From Candidatus Electrothrix yaqonensis (lineage in GTDB: Bacteria; Desulfobacterota; Desulfobulbia; Desulfobulbales; Desulfobulbaceae), in assembly GCA_047651235.1 (NCBI GenBank), contig CP178758.1:840001-872000 (forward strand): DNA of 32,000 nt, in the 5' to 3' direction. Below are positions 9,322-17,552 of the stretch, one piece after another; positions within the stretch are counted from its first letter, which is position 1; each line of letters starts with the position of its first letter. Below the pieces are notes generated by a model that ran no database searches, was not told the DNA's origin, and saw only the letters and a program-made list of their open reading frames with translations. The position numbers and the translations under genes are program-made.

Positions 9322-9348
9322 GAGAAGTTCTCCTTATATTTCGTATCT

Positions 9349-9376
9349 GTAGGGGTACGGCATGCCGTGCCCCTAC
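9349..9376. repeat. REP-like palindrome, copy 2 (nifH-nifI1 spacer)
   Basis: GTAGGGGTACGGCATGCCGTGCCCCTAC: 12-bp arms with one G-U position and a 4-nt centre. Confidence 0.75.
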
Positions 9377-9391
9377 CGTTTTATTCCCGCT

Positions 9392-9419
9392 GTAGGGGCG
9401 GTTCGCGAACCGCCCCTAC
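9392..9419. repeat. REP-like palindrome, copy 3 (nifH-nifI1 spacer)
   Basis: GTAGGGGCGGTTCGCGAACCGCCCCTAC, a perfect 28-bp palindrome with the same GTAGGGGC outer arms and a different inner stem. Confidence 0.75.
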
Positions 9420-9443
9420 CATCATGAAACCACCGCAATATGT

Positions 9444-10295
<852 letters not shown>

Positions 10296-10352
10296 TTATT
10301 CGTTGACAACGTGAACGCTGTGCTCCAAATTCAATGCAGTTGCCTTGAATAA

Positions 10353-10369
10353 AGCAAGGGGTGTGCCGG
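10353..10369 (-). promoter_or_regulatory. Sigma-54 (-24/-12) promoter of the nif operon
   Basis: The minus strand reads cGGCAC-ACCCC-TTGCT, matching TGGCAC-N5-TTGCW except for the first base. It lies about 85 nt upstream of the nifH ATG. Confidence 0.7.
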
Positions 10370-10466
10370 ATGGCGACTATAAATTTTTCTGCAATGATGC
10401 AGGTGTGTTGATTGAGAAAGGTGCAGGATAGAGAATGATGGGCGGATTTCGATCGATGGACAATTT

Positions 10467-10482
10467 TGTTAAAAACTCGACA
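10467..10482 (-). promoter_or_regulatory. NifA-type upstream activator sequence (TGT-N10-ACA)
   Basis: TGTTAAAAACTCGACA, about 100 bp upstream of the -24/-12 element. This is the classic spacing for an enhancer-binding-protein site. Confidence 0.5.
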
Positions 10483-10671
10483 TAGAGGTAGTTTGTGAAC
10501 ACTTTTCTACCGGAATGTTCAGCGGAAAAATTTAGCTGTGATGGACAGCATATCCGATACAGGCCGGGTCCGAACTTGGTAATATTTTTCCCCACAGGGA
10601 CACCGCAGACCTGCAGCCGGTGTCCCTCCCCCCTTCTCTTGCTAAACAACCTGTATAGAACCTGTGCCTTT

Positions 10672-11577
10672 CTACCAGAGTAAACCTGCAGGATCAGCTG
10701 CTGTCCAGTCATGCGGCAGAAAGGGCAGAGCCTGATTTCCTGCCCCAATGGTTAACTGCGCGGTTGCATGCGGAGCACGGGCGATCTCCATTAATCTGCT
10801 GTCATGGCAGTTAAGGATAACAGCATCAAGCCCCGCATCAAGCAGCATAGGCAGAAGTCGATGCTCCAGGCTGGCCCGGCCGTCCGCGTTCAGATACCGG
10901 GATGCCCCGGAAAGTGCGATAATCGTGCGCACCCTTTCACTACTCAACTGGGGCAGCAGGGTAAGGGTTTCCAGAACAGAATCAAGATCAGGTACACCCC
11001 GGCTGAGCTGCCAGGTCATCGGAGCAGGCTTAGGCTGAAAAATCGGGTCAAGATACAGCCGGGACAGGGGAAAACCGACGTGGACGGCTGTTTCCAGGAC
11101 ATCCAGGGCGATCTGCAGGCGATCCTCTGCTGTCACCGGAACCAGTCCTGGTCTGACAAGCAGAACAACCACCTCTGCATCGTACTGTAGGGCCTGCTGC
11201 AGGGAATCGGCAAGAGTTGCCGGATCAGCCGTGATTGAATTGACGGTCAGCGTTCCCTGATGCGCTTTTATCACGCCGGGCTGCGATAGAATCTGCGCTG
11301 AGGCGAACAGAGGTACCGGCACAGCCTGCTGCATCACGTCAACAGCCCAGGCAAACAGATCATCCTTCCGGCCTACCGGACCAAGATTCAAATCCAAGGC
11401 GTCTGCCCCGGCAGCAACCTGTTTTTTGGCCATATCGGCCAATGCTGCGCGGTCCCGTTGTTCAACAGCCCGGAGCAGTGCAGGGTTCATGAGATGTATA
11501 TCCTGGCCGATGACACGCAGCTGATTTTTTTCTTTTCCGGTACCAGCAGATTCAGGGTAGACAGAGTGGAACGACAT
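10672..11577 (-). CDS. Stand-alone pterin-binding domain protein (methyltetrahydrofolate:corrinoid methyltransferase / DHPS-like TIM barrel)
   Basis: 301 aa. VIGQDIHLMNP...AKKQVAAGADALDLNLGP...LTVNSITAD...LYLDPIF follows the MeTr/AcsE/MetH pterin-binding pattern (VIGERIN..Q..aGAd.LDvN.G...NSIs...DPl). It has no corrinoid or Hcy domain and is preceded by a cobalamin riboswitch. Confidence 0.55.
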   Translation of the reverse strand: MSFHSVYPESAGTGKEKNQLRVIGQDIHLMNPALLRAVEQRDRAALADMAKKQVAAGADALDLNLGPVGRKDDLFAWAVDVMQQAVPVPLFASAQILSQPGVIKAHQGTLTVNSITADPATLADSLQQALQYDAEVVVLLVRPGLVPVTAEDRLQIALDVLETAVHVGFPLSRLYLDPIFQPKPAPMTWQLSRGVPDLDSVLETLTLLPQLSSERVRTIIALSGASRYLNADGRASLEHRLLPMLLDAGLDAVILNCHDSRLMEIARAPHATAQLTIGAGNQALPFLPHDWTAADPAGLLW

Positions 11578-11614
11578 ACCTTTCTCCTTTCCTCGAAGGG
11601 ATAAAGTTGCTTGA

Positions 11615-11850
11615 TGTGCGTTACCGGCAGGTCTTCGGACTTGCGGACCCGGAATAAGGCCGGGAGCATTATGCTCTCCGTGCTTATTCCGCCTACTGGC
11701 TGTCGCTTCCCGTGCATTTCCGTTCTATGCTTCGTGCGCGCACAGTGCTTTTCCCTGATTCATTTTAAGGGAGACAGCATTCGTTTCCGCTCACCGCTGC
11801 GGGACAGTTTCGGATTCTCACCGAATTCCCTGCTGCTCTGTTGCCAAAAA
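11615..11850 (-). promoter_or_regulatory. Cobalamin (B12) riboswitch in the 5' leader of the pterin-binding gene
   Basis: The minus strand reads AGGGAAUUCGGUGAGAAUCCGAAACUGUCCCGCAGCGGUGAGCGGAAAC. The E. coli btuB leader reads AGGGAAUCCAGUGCGAAUCUGGAGCUGACGCGCAGCGGUAAGGAAAG. Further elements are CACUG..GGGAAGCG and the B12 box CAAGUCCGAAGACCUGCCGG (11624-11641). The SD GGAAAGGAG and ATG at 11577 follow. Confidence 0.88.
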
Positions 11851-12145
11851 CAGATGCAGCACGCTTTCCATACAGCCGTACAGCGTACCGGTAACTATGT
11901 ATGATGGATATGCAGAGCACAATATATTGTACACAGAGAACGGTCAAGCACTAAATACACAGACTGACCATTCGTCCCGCATAAGGGCGCCTGATGCAAT
12001 GCACACCCTGTGGTCAGGCAGCAGAACTTGCCCGGAAAGTCAATTTTGTTGCTCCTTCTGCCGTAACTCGTTACATTACGATAAAATAATCTGCAGTCAG
12101 TCAGACGGACATCCGGTACGCCGGTATAGGAGATTACGGAAGACC

Positions 12146-13045
12146 ATGTTTGATATTCAGCAGTACCTTGAAGAGCAGCGGCATCTTGTGGAACAGGGGC
12201 TGCAGCGCTATATGCTGCCGGAGGAAGGCAATTTTGCCGAGCACATCAAGACCATGCGCTACAGTCTCTTTATCGGCGGTAAACGGGTCCGGCCGATCCT
12301 CTGCCTTGCTGCAGGACGCTGCGTCAGTGATGACCGGAAAACGGAAGAGCGTTTACTGCCAGCTGCCTGCGCCCTGGAATGCATTCATACCTATTCGCTG
12401 ATTCATGACGACCTGCCTGCAATGGATAACGACGATCTGCGTCGCGGCCAGGCTACCTGTCATAAAAAATTCGGAGAGGCAGAGGCGATTCTCGCCGGTG
12501 ACGGCCTGCTGACCTATGCCTTTGTCCTGCTCAGCAATACGGAGCTGCCCGGCCCGGCCCCGGAAATACGGCTGCAGCTCATTTCCGTGCTGGCCGAGGC
12601 GGCCGGTTCCCTATGCATGGTGGGCGGCCAGTATCTTGATATTGCCAGTGAAGAAAAAGACATCCCTTTTGAGTTGCTCAAAACGATTCATCGGTCCAAG
12701 ACCGGCGCTCTGATAACAGCGGCAGTGCGTATGGGCGGCATCGGTGCCCAGGCCGATGCCGGACAGCGCCGGGCGCTGACCGATTACGGCGATGCTGTGG
12801 GGCTGGCTTTTCAGATTGTGGATGACCTGCTGGATGTCACTGCCTCAACCGAGCAGTTAGGCAAACCGGCAGGCAGCGACACCCGGCAGGGCAAGGCGAC
12901 CTATCCTGCTTTTTTCGGGGAAGAAAAAACCCGTGCCCTAGCCGGAGAGGCGGTGGAGCGGGCACTGGACGCTGTTGCCTCTTTTGATGAACGGGCAGAA
13001 CCACTGCGCGCTTTGGCCCGGTATATTTTCAGCCGGACATACTGA
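12146..13045 (+). CDS. ispA: (2E,6E)-farnesyl/geranyl diphosphate synthase (short-chain trans-prenyltransferase)
   Basis: 299 aa from the ATG at 12146 (SD TAGGAG upstream). It has the FARM IHTYSLIHDDLPAMDNDDLRRG and the SARM FQIVDDLLD. The tracked ORF start at 11897 is a non-homologous upstream extension. Confidence 0.9.
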   Translation: MFDIQQYLEEQRHLVEQGLQRYMLPEEGNFAEHIKTMRYSLFIGGKRVRPILCLAAGRCVSDDRKTEERLLPAACALECIHTYSLIHDDLPAMDNDDLRRGQATCHKKFGEAEAILAGDGLLTYAFVLLSNTELPGPAPEIRLQLISVLAEAAGSLCMVGGQYLDIASEEKDIPFELLKTIHRSKTGALITAAVRMGGIGAQADAGQRRALTDYGDAVGLAFQIVDDLLDVTASTEQLGKPAGSDTRQGKATYPAFFGEEKTRALAGEAVERALDAVASFDERAEPLRALARYIFSRTY

Positions 13046-13063
13046 GTTATACTGAATTACTGA

Positions 13064-13138
13064 ATGCCTTTTACCCTGTCAGAAATAGTCCCTTGGGGAC
13101 GTTCGTATGATGAATACGTTACCATGTTTTCCCTGTCA
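13064..13138 (+). pseudogene. N-terminal ~25-codon stub of a class-I SAM-dependent methyltransferase, interrupted by an ISAs1 element
   Basis: MPFTLSEIVPWGRSYDEYVTMFSLS is the characteristic N-terminus of the same family whose C-terminus lies at 3158-3463 on the opposite strand. Homology stops where IS-derived sequence begins. It sits 18 bp after the ispA stop. Confidence 0.6.
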
Positions 13139-14290
13139 CCCCCAGGGCTGTTCAGTTCTATAAGAGCTTGTATTTTCAAGACGTATGCAGTAATTGATAC
13201 AGAAAAACTTTACACGAGGATTCTGCATGCTGTTTTTTTGCTGAACACAATCAAAGATCATCGACGCGGGCAGGGCCGGCGATATGAGCTTACGCATATT
13301 CTTCTGTTTTCGATCATGGCGATCCTGAGCGGTTCGGATTCTTATCGCAAAATCCATCTGTTCGTTGATGCGCATCGTGAAAGGCTCAATGAATATTTCG
13401 GCCTGGACTGGAAAAAAGCTCCTGCATATACAACGATCCGCACTGTCATTCTGAATACTTCCGGTTCGGAACTTGAGCGGATTTTCAGGGAGCACGGCAA
13501 AGCTCTCGCGGAAGAGGAACCGGACGGAGAATTTATTCGTTGCGACGGCAAAACTCTCCGGGGAAGTCTCGATAACATGAAGGATATTAATCAGCTTCAG
13601 ATATTGAGTGCTTTTGCTGGCGACCGCGCCGTCGTTCTCGGCCATGAAGAAATCAGGGAGAAAAGCAATGAAATCCCGGCGGCGCGGAAACTGATGAAAG
13701 AACTCGGTTTATCCGACCGCATTTTTACCTTCGACGCCCTTCATTGTCAGAAAAAAACTCTTCAGGCCGCCGCTGAAACGGGAAACGATGTGATTGCTCA
13801 GGTTAAAAAAAATCAGAAAACTCTCCTGAACGACTGTGAAAATATCGCGAATACGTCTGTTCCTGATGATGTTTTCACGGAGCCTTTTGAAAAAAAAACG
13901 AAACCGTATAGAGAGTCGCAAAGTGGAAGTTTTTATCAGAATCGATCGATTTCGTCAGGTGTTTGATACAAAGAAGAAAAAATGGAAAAACACTCATGAG
14001 ACATCCTTTTATGTTTCAACAGCCGGTTCGGACGCTGAAGAAATATGTCAGGGAATCCTGGGGCATTGGCGGATCGAGAATGGAAATCATTATGTTCGGG
14101 ATGTTTCTATGGGCGAAGACCGCTCCCGAATTCGTTGCAATCCGCACATATTTGCGAAACTGAGAAGCTTTGCTCTCAATATTCTTCGTAAGAACAAGGT
14201 GAAAAATGTCAGCCGGGAGCTTTTCAGGAACTGTATGGATTTCAATGTATTATGGGCTGAAAGTCCATAGAATGAAAGGCAACTGAAAGT
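13139..14290 (+). mobile_element. ISAs1-family insertion sequence (approximate ends)
   Basis: It contains an ISAs1/H-repeat-type DDE transposase. The left boundary is inferred from the end of methyltransferase homology. I could not identify clean terminal inverted repeats. Confidence 0.6.
13227..14270 (+). pseudogene. ISAs1-family transposase, disrupted by homopolymer frameshifts
   Basis: Motifs IKDHRRGQGRRYELTHILLFSIMAILSG, IRCDGKTLRGS, KSNEIPAARKL and FDALHCQKKT, then after a +1 shift in an A9 run (13890-13898) RNRIESRKVEVF..HWRIENGNHYVRDVSMGEDRSRIR. The ATG at 13227 is out of frame by one T in a T7 run (13233-13239). An in-frame TTG at 13238 is an alternative start. Confidence 0.8.
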
Positions 14291-14355
14291 CGCTATTTCG
14301 GCTAAAGCCGATTAAAACCGCTGACTAAAGTCAGTGTGTAACGACTGAAAGTCGT
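14279..14355. repeat. Cluster of four small hairpins with related CT(G/A)AAAG cores (IS200/IS605-type subterminal structures)
   Basis: GCAACTGAAAGTCGC (14279-14293, imperfect), CGGCTAAAGCCG (14299-14310), CTGACTAAAGTCAG (14321-14334) and ACGACTGAAAGTCGT (14341-14355). They lie directly 3' of the tnpA remnant. Confidence 0.5.
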
Positions 14356-14678
14356 TATTCTATTTTAAAATCGTCATTATTATGATTTGGGTCATTTCTG
14401 TGATTTTCAATATAATTCCGTATCATTTCATCAGTAACGTGTCCGGAACTCAAAGCAACGCAGCCAATACCCCAAAAATGTTTTCCCCAGTATCTTCTGG
14501 ACAGTTGAGGAAATTCTTCCTGAATCTTTTTTGAAGAGCGACCCTTGAAAAATCGCACCATTTCACTCACGGATATTTTGGGAGGATATGACACATAGAT
14601 ATGGACATGATCCTGACTGATATAGCTGGAGCAACATAATTTGAATATGCCTACAAGAGGCATAAGTTTTGCCTTCAC
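14355..14678 (-). pseudogene. tnpA: IS200/IS605-family TnpA (Y1 transposase), N-terminally truncated
   Basis: DHVHIYVSYPPKISVSEMVRFFKGRSSKKIQEEFPQLSRRYWGKHFWGIGCVALSSGHVTDEMIRNYIENH matches the C-terminal two thirds of IS200 TnpA, including the HUH motif (HVH) and catalytic Tyr region. The first ~40 conserved residues are missing. Confidence 0.8.
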
Positions 14679-14772
14679 GCCTTTCAGATAGCTGATCCTG
14701 TATTCAGTTTATACTGCTCCAGCTATATCGATACTGCAACTGGCAATTACAAATTAAGTTCGGAGAGAGAAG

Positions 14773-16026
14773 ATGGAAATATTAGGAGGACCATTATTTG
14801 GAGTAGCGGGTGCTGGTGAGTCACACGGCCCTGCCTTTACCACAATTGTTTTTGGTTGCCCACCAGGGGTACGAATATCACGGCAGAGAGTGCAGAAATA
14901 CCTAGATAGGCGACGACCCGGCAGTAATAAATATGGTACAACTCGTCAAGAGGGAGATAACGTCGCTTTTCTATCAGGAATCTATGCTGAAGGAGAGCAT
15001 GATTTTCTGCTGTCCGGTCCAGATATCTGCATTCAGGTTGAGGGAGAGAGGTATCAAACTGAGACATATGAAGGTGGCTATACGACTGGAGAGCCGATTT
15101 CTGCTGTTGTTTTGTCGGCCTCCAAAATATCGAGACACTACCAGCAGTTTGTCGGGTCTAGCGGGGAAGTCCGTCCTGGACATACTGGTTTGGTCAAGCA
15201 TTATAAGTCAAAGGGATTTGTCGATGTCCGTGGCGGAGGGCGTTCCAGCTACCGCTCGACGATTTCTGATGTGATCGGTGGATCAATTGCACGTATTTTT
15301 TTAAAAAAACATTTTGACACAGTGATCTTGTCTTCAATTTGTCAGGTAGGGCCGTTGAAGGCTTCACAGAGTTTGGCTACTCATTTTGAACAGCTTATTC
15401 TGAATTCCCAGAGTCCAAAAGTATCATCGGAGGAAATCACACGGGTTGAGGAAAAACTGGCTGGCGCAGAAATCTATTCACTGGATACAACGTTCGCCCT
15501 AGAAGCTGCCAAGTTGATCGAAAAAACGCACGAACAAGGTGATTCACTGGGTGCGACCTTGGAAGTGGTGGCTTTAAATGTACCGCCTTTGGTTGGAGAG
15601 CCGCTTTATCAAAGTTTAAAATTACGTTTGATGGGGATATTAGGCGGGGTAAACGCTGCTCAATTTTGTGAGGTAGGCGGCGGTAGCAAGGTAGTAGGTC
15701 GTTTGGGGAGTGAAAATAACGATCCTATTCGTCGTAGCGGTTATCAGGCTAATAGTCATGGTGGGGTAATTGGAGGTATCACTACCGGTATGCCCTTAGT
15801 TTTCCGGGTGGGATTTAAACCCACTTCTACGATTAATAAACCTCAGCTATCCGTATGTAAGGATTTAAAAGAAATTGATTTTATAGCTGAAAAAGGACGG
15901 CATGATCCCTGTGTCGGTGTAAGAGCCGGGGTTACGCTTGAGTCACGAATGGCGATTGAGCTAATGAACGCCGTTTTAATGCACCAATCACATCAGTTGA
16001 ACACAGACCATTTTGAGTTGTTTTAA
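14773..16026 (+). CDS. aroC: Chorismate synthase family protein, divergent paralogue 1
   Basis: 417 aa, collinear with AroC: GESHGP, DRRRPGS, RPGHTG, RGGGRSSYRST, GDSLGA, VGEPLY, NSHGGVIGGIT, KPTSTI, KGRHDPCVGVRA. It carries a ~27-aa insertion between LSGIY and TTGEP relative to E. coli AroC. SD GGAGAGAGAAG precedes the ATG. Confidence 0.8.
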   Translation: MEILGGPLFGVAGAGESHGPAFTTIVFGCPPGVRISRQRVQKYLDRRRPGSNKYGTTRQEGDNVAFLSGIYAEGEHDFLLSGPDICIQVEGERYQTETYEGGYTTGEPISAVVLSASKISRHYQQFVGSSGEVRPGHTGLVKHYKSKGFVDVRGGGRSSYRSTISDVIGGSIARIFLKKHFDTVILSSICQVGPLKASQSLATHFEQLILNSQSPKVSSEEITRVEEKLAGAEIYSLDTTFALEAAKLIEKTHEQGDSLGATLEVVALNVPPLVGEPLYQSLKLRLMGILGGVNAAQFCEVGGGSKVVGRLGSENNDPIRRSGYQANSHGGVIGGITTGMPLVFRVGFKPTSTINKPQLSVCKDLKEIDFIAEKGRHDPCVGVRAGVTLESRMAIELMNAVLMHQSHQLNTDHFELF

Positions 16027-16027
16027 A

Positions 16028-17060
16028 AGACCTCCTGCAAAACTTGGTGATTTGACAGAAACGGCGGATGCTGATATTTTTTCGGTCACTTTTTCGATTA
16101 TCAACCCCGGAGGTCTGAAAATCATGCTCACATTCGAAAAACTCTCCCGCCGCCCTGAAACATTCCGCCGTCTGACCGGTGTCGATATTGATCTTTTCAA
16201 CGGAATGACGGAAAAGATCCGCCCTTTATGGGAAGAGCGGAGAGATAATTTTGAAAAGGGCGGGAGAAAGCACAACTTGGAAGGAGCTGAAAACCACCTT
16301 CTCGCCATGCTCCTGCGAAGTCTTCGCTTATCTATTACCGTTGTTACGTGACATATGAGTTCCTCAGTTTTTTCTTCGATTCCGATGAGACGACGGTGAT
16401 GCGCGCAGTGAAACGGATGGAAAAAATCGCGGTACGGGTGATTCATATTGAAAAAAAGCGTGAAATCACACGGGAAGATGCGGAATACCTGATAATCGAT
16501 GCGACGGAACAGCCGGTTCAGCGCCTGAAGAAAGGACAGAAGAAGTATTACAGCGGAAAGAAGGGAAAACACACGCTCGGAACGCAGTTTACCGCCGGTC
16601 CCGACGGACGGATTTTTTCGGTTTCGGCGTCGTATCCCGGAAGTGTTCATGATTTCAGGATATATAAGGAACAGAAGGGGCGGGAGCGTTTTCACGGTAT
16701 TCCGAAGAAGGCCGACAGCGGATATCAGGGAATCGCGGCATATGACCGGCGCGCCGAAATTCCCTTTAAAAAGCCCCGGAACGGTGAACTGACCGCCGAA
16801 CAGAAGGCATATAATCTTGATTTATCGAAAAAACGTATCAAAGTTGAGCATGTCATAAGAGAGGTGAAGGTATTTAAAATCATGTCGGAAACATACCGGA
16901 ACAGGCTTAAAGGCCATAATATAAAGAAAAATATCATATCCGGCATAGTGAATATGAAGGTTGCGGCACGGAAAATGAAGAAAGCTGCCTGAAGCGGAAA
17001 ATTTTGAAAAAGGGAAAAACCTCACCGCCTGAGAAGAACAGGCAGTTCTGCAGGAGGTCT
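16028..17060 (+). mobile_element. IS5-superfamily (DDE_Tnp_4 / Harbinger-like) insertion sequence with 16-bp terminal inverted repeats
   Basis: IRL is AGACCTCCTGCAAAAC (16028-16043). The reverse complement of IRR (17045-17060) is AGACCTCCTGCAGAAC, 15/16 identical. AAA flanks both ends (possible 3-bp TSD, low complexity). The element sits 1 bp after the stop of aroC-like 1. Confidence 0.8.
16124..16992 (+). pseudogene. IS5-like DDE transposase, split by one frameshift near 16310-16350
   Basis: The N-terminal HTH part is MLTFEKLSRRPETFRRLTGVDIDLFNGM..ENHLLAMLL. It continues in another frame as LIYYRCYVTYEFLSFFFDSDETTV... with the DDE_Tnp_4 pattern (IIDATEQPV, KKGKHTLGTQ, PGSVHDF, ADSGYQG, RIKVEH). 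There is no slippery run at the shift site. Confidence 0.75.
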
Positions 17061-17125
17061 AAAGAATGTTCTCTCTCCTCAAGTTTTTATAGTTCTGATT
17101 ATTTTTGATTCTATAGGGAGGCTGT

Positions 17126-17509
17126 ATGAGCAAAAAGTACCAAAATTTGATTTACAGAAATGTACTTGCTCCTCTTTCTTCAGTCCCATTTCATTCAGAT
17201 TGCTCATGTATTGAGAGAGCTGTTGCTGAAGAATTTCCTGTACATTTAGCAATTCATAGAATAACAAAGGCTCAAGGCTTACCACAAAAGTATGTTGAAC
17301 TCCATGAACATAATGCCCCCGAAATAAATATCTTGATAGGAGATGAGGGTGAAATGGAGTATCAGTTTCAACTTGAGGACGAAATTTATCATGTTCGTTC
17401 TCCTGCTAGTATTTGGATACCATCCGAACTCAAACATGCTGCAAATCTCATTAAAGGATCAGGTACTTATGTGTGTGTAATATTGAGCGGCACCTATGTT
17501 ACACAATGA
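17126..17509 (+). CDS. Small cupin-fold protein (function unknown)
   Basis: 127 aa. The segment YVELHEHNAPEINILIGDEGEMEYQFQLEDEIYHVRSPASIWIPSELKHA resembles the two-motif cupin metal site (H.H...E ... H). Its 3' end overlaps the aroC-like 2 ORF. Confidence 0.4.
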   Translation: MSKKYQNLIYRNVLAPLSSVPFHSDCSCIERAVAEEFPVHLAIHRITKAQGLPQKYVELHEHNAPEINILIGDEGEMEYQFQLEDEIYHVRSPASIWIPSELKHAANLIKGSGTYVCVILSGTYVTQ

Positions 17510-17552
17510 CAGGCTGTTTGTATTAAATTTTATAGAATGTGGAGGTGACGTT

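Noticed and set aside
10597-10626. GGGACACCG-N12-CGGTGTCCC hairpin downstream of the pterin-binding gene as a terminator
   Set aside because: The stem is good, but on the transcribed (minus) strand it is followed by GUGGGGAAAAAUAUU and not by a U tract. I do not call it an intrinsic terminator, though it may still be a structural or Rho-related element.
10377-10748. 123-aa minus-strand ORF between the pterin-binding gene and nifH
   Set aside because: It overlaps the 3' end of the pterin-binding gene and covers the nifH UAS and sigma-54 promoter region. It has no SD or motifs, and the region is better explained as regulatory DNA.
11897-12145. 83-codon N-terminal extension of the ispA ORF
   Set aside because: It shows no homology to prenyltransferases and is Cys/Ser/His-rich. 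The ATG at 12146 with an upstream AGGAG gives a standard 299-aa IspA.
13145-14262. GGGCTG..AGT(T/C)C(T/A)ATA(A/G)A similarity near both ends of the ISAs1 element as terminal repeats
   Set aside because: The two segments are in direct, not inverted, orientation and match only partially. That is insufficient to define the IS ends.
15988-16695. 235-aa minus-strand ORF
   Set aside because: It is antisense to the IS5-like transposase and crosses the IS left boundary. It has no motifs.
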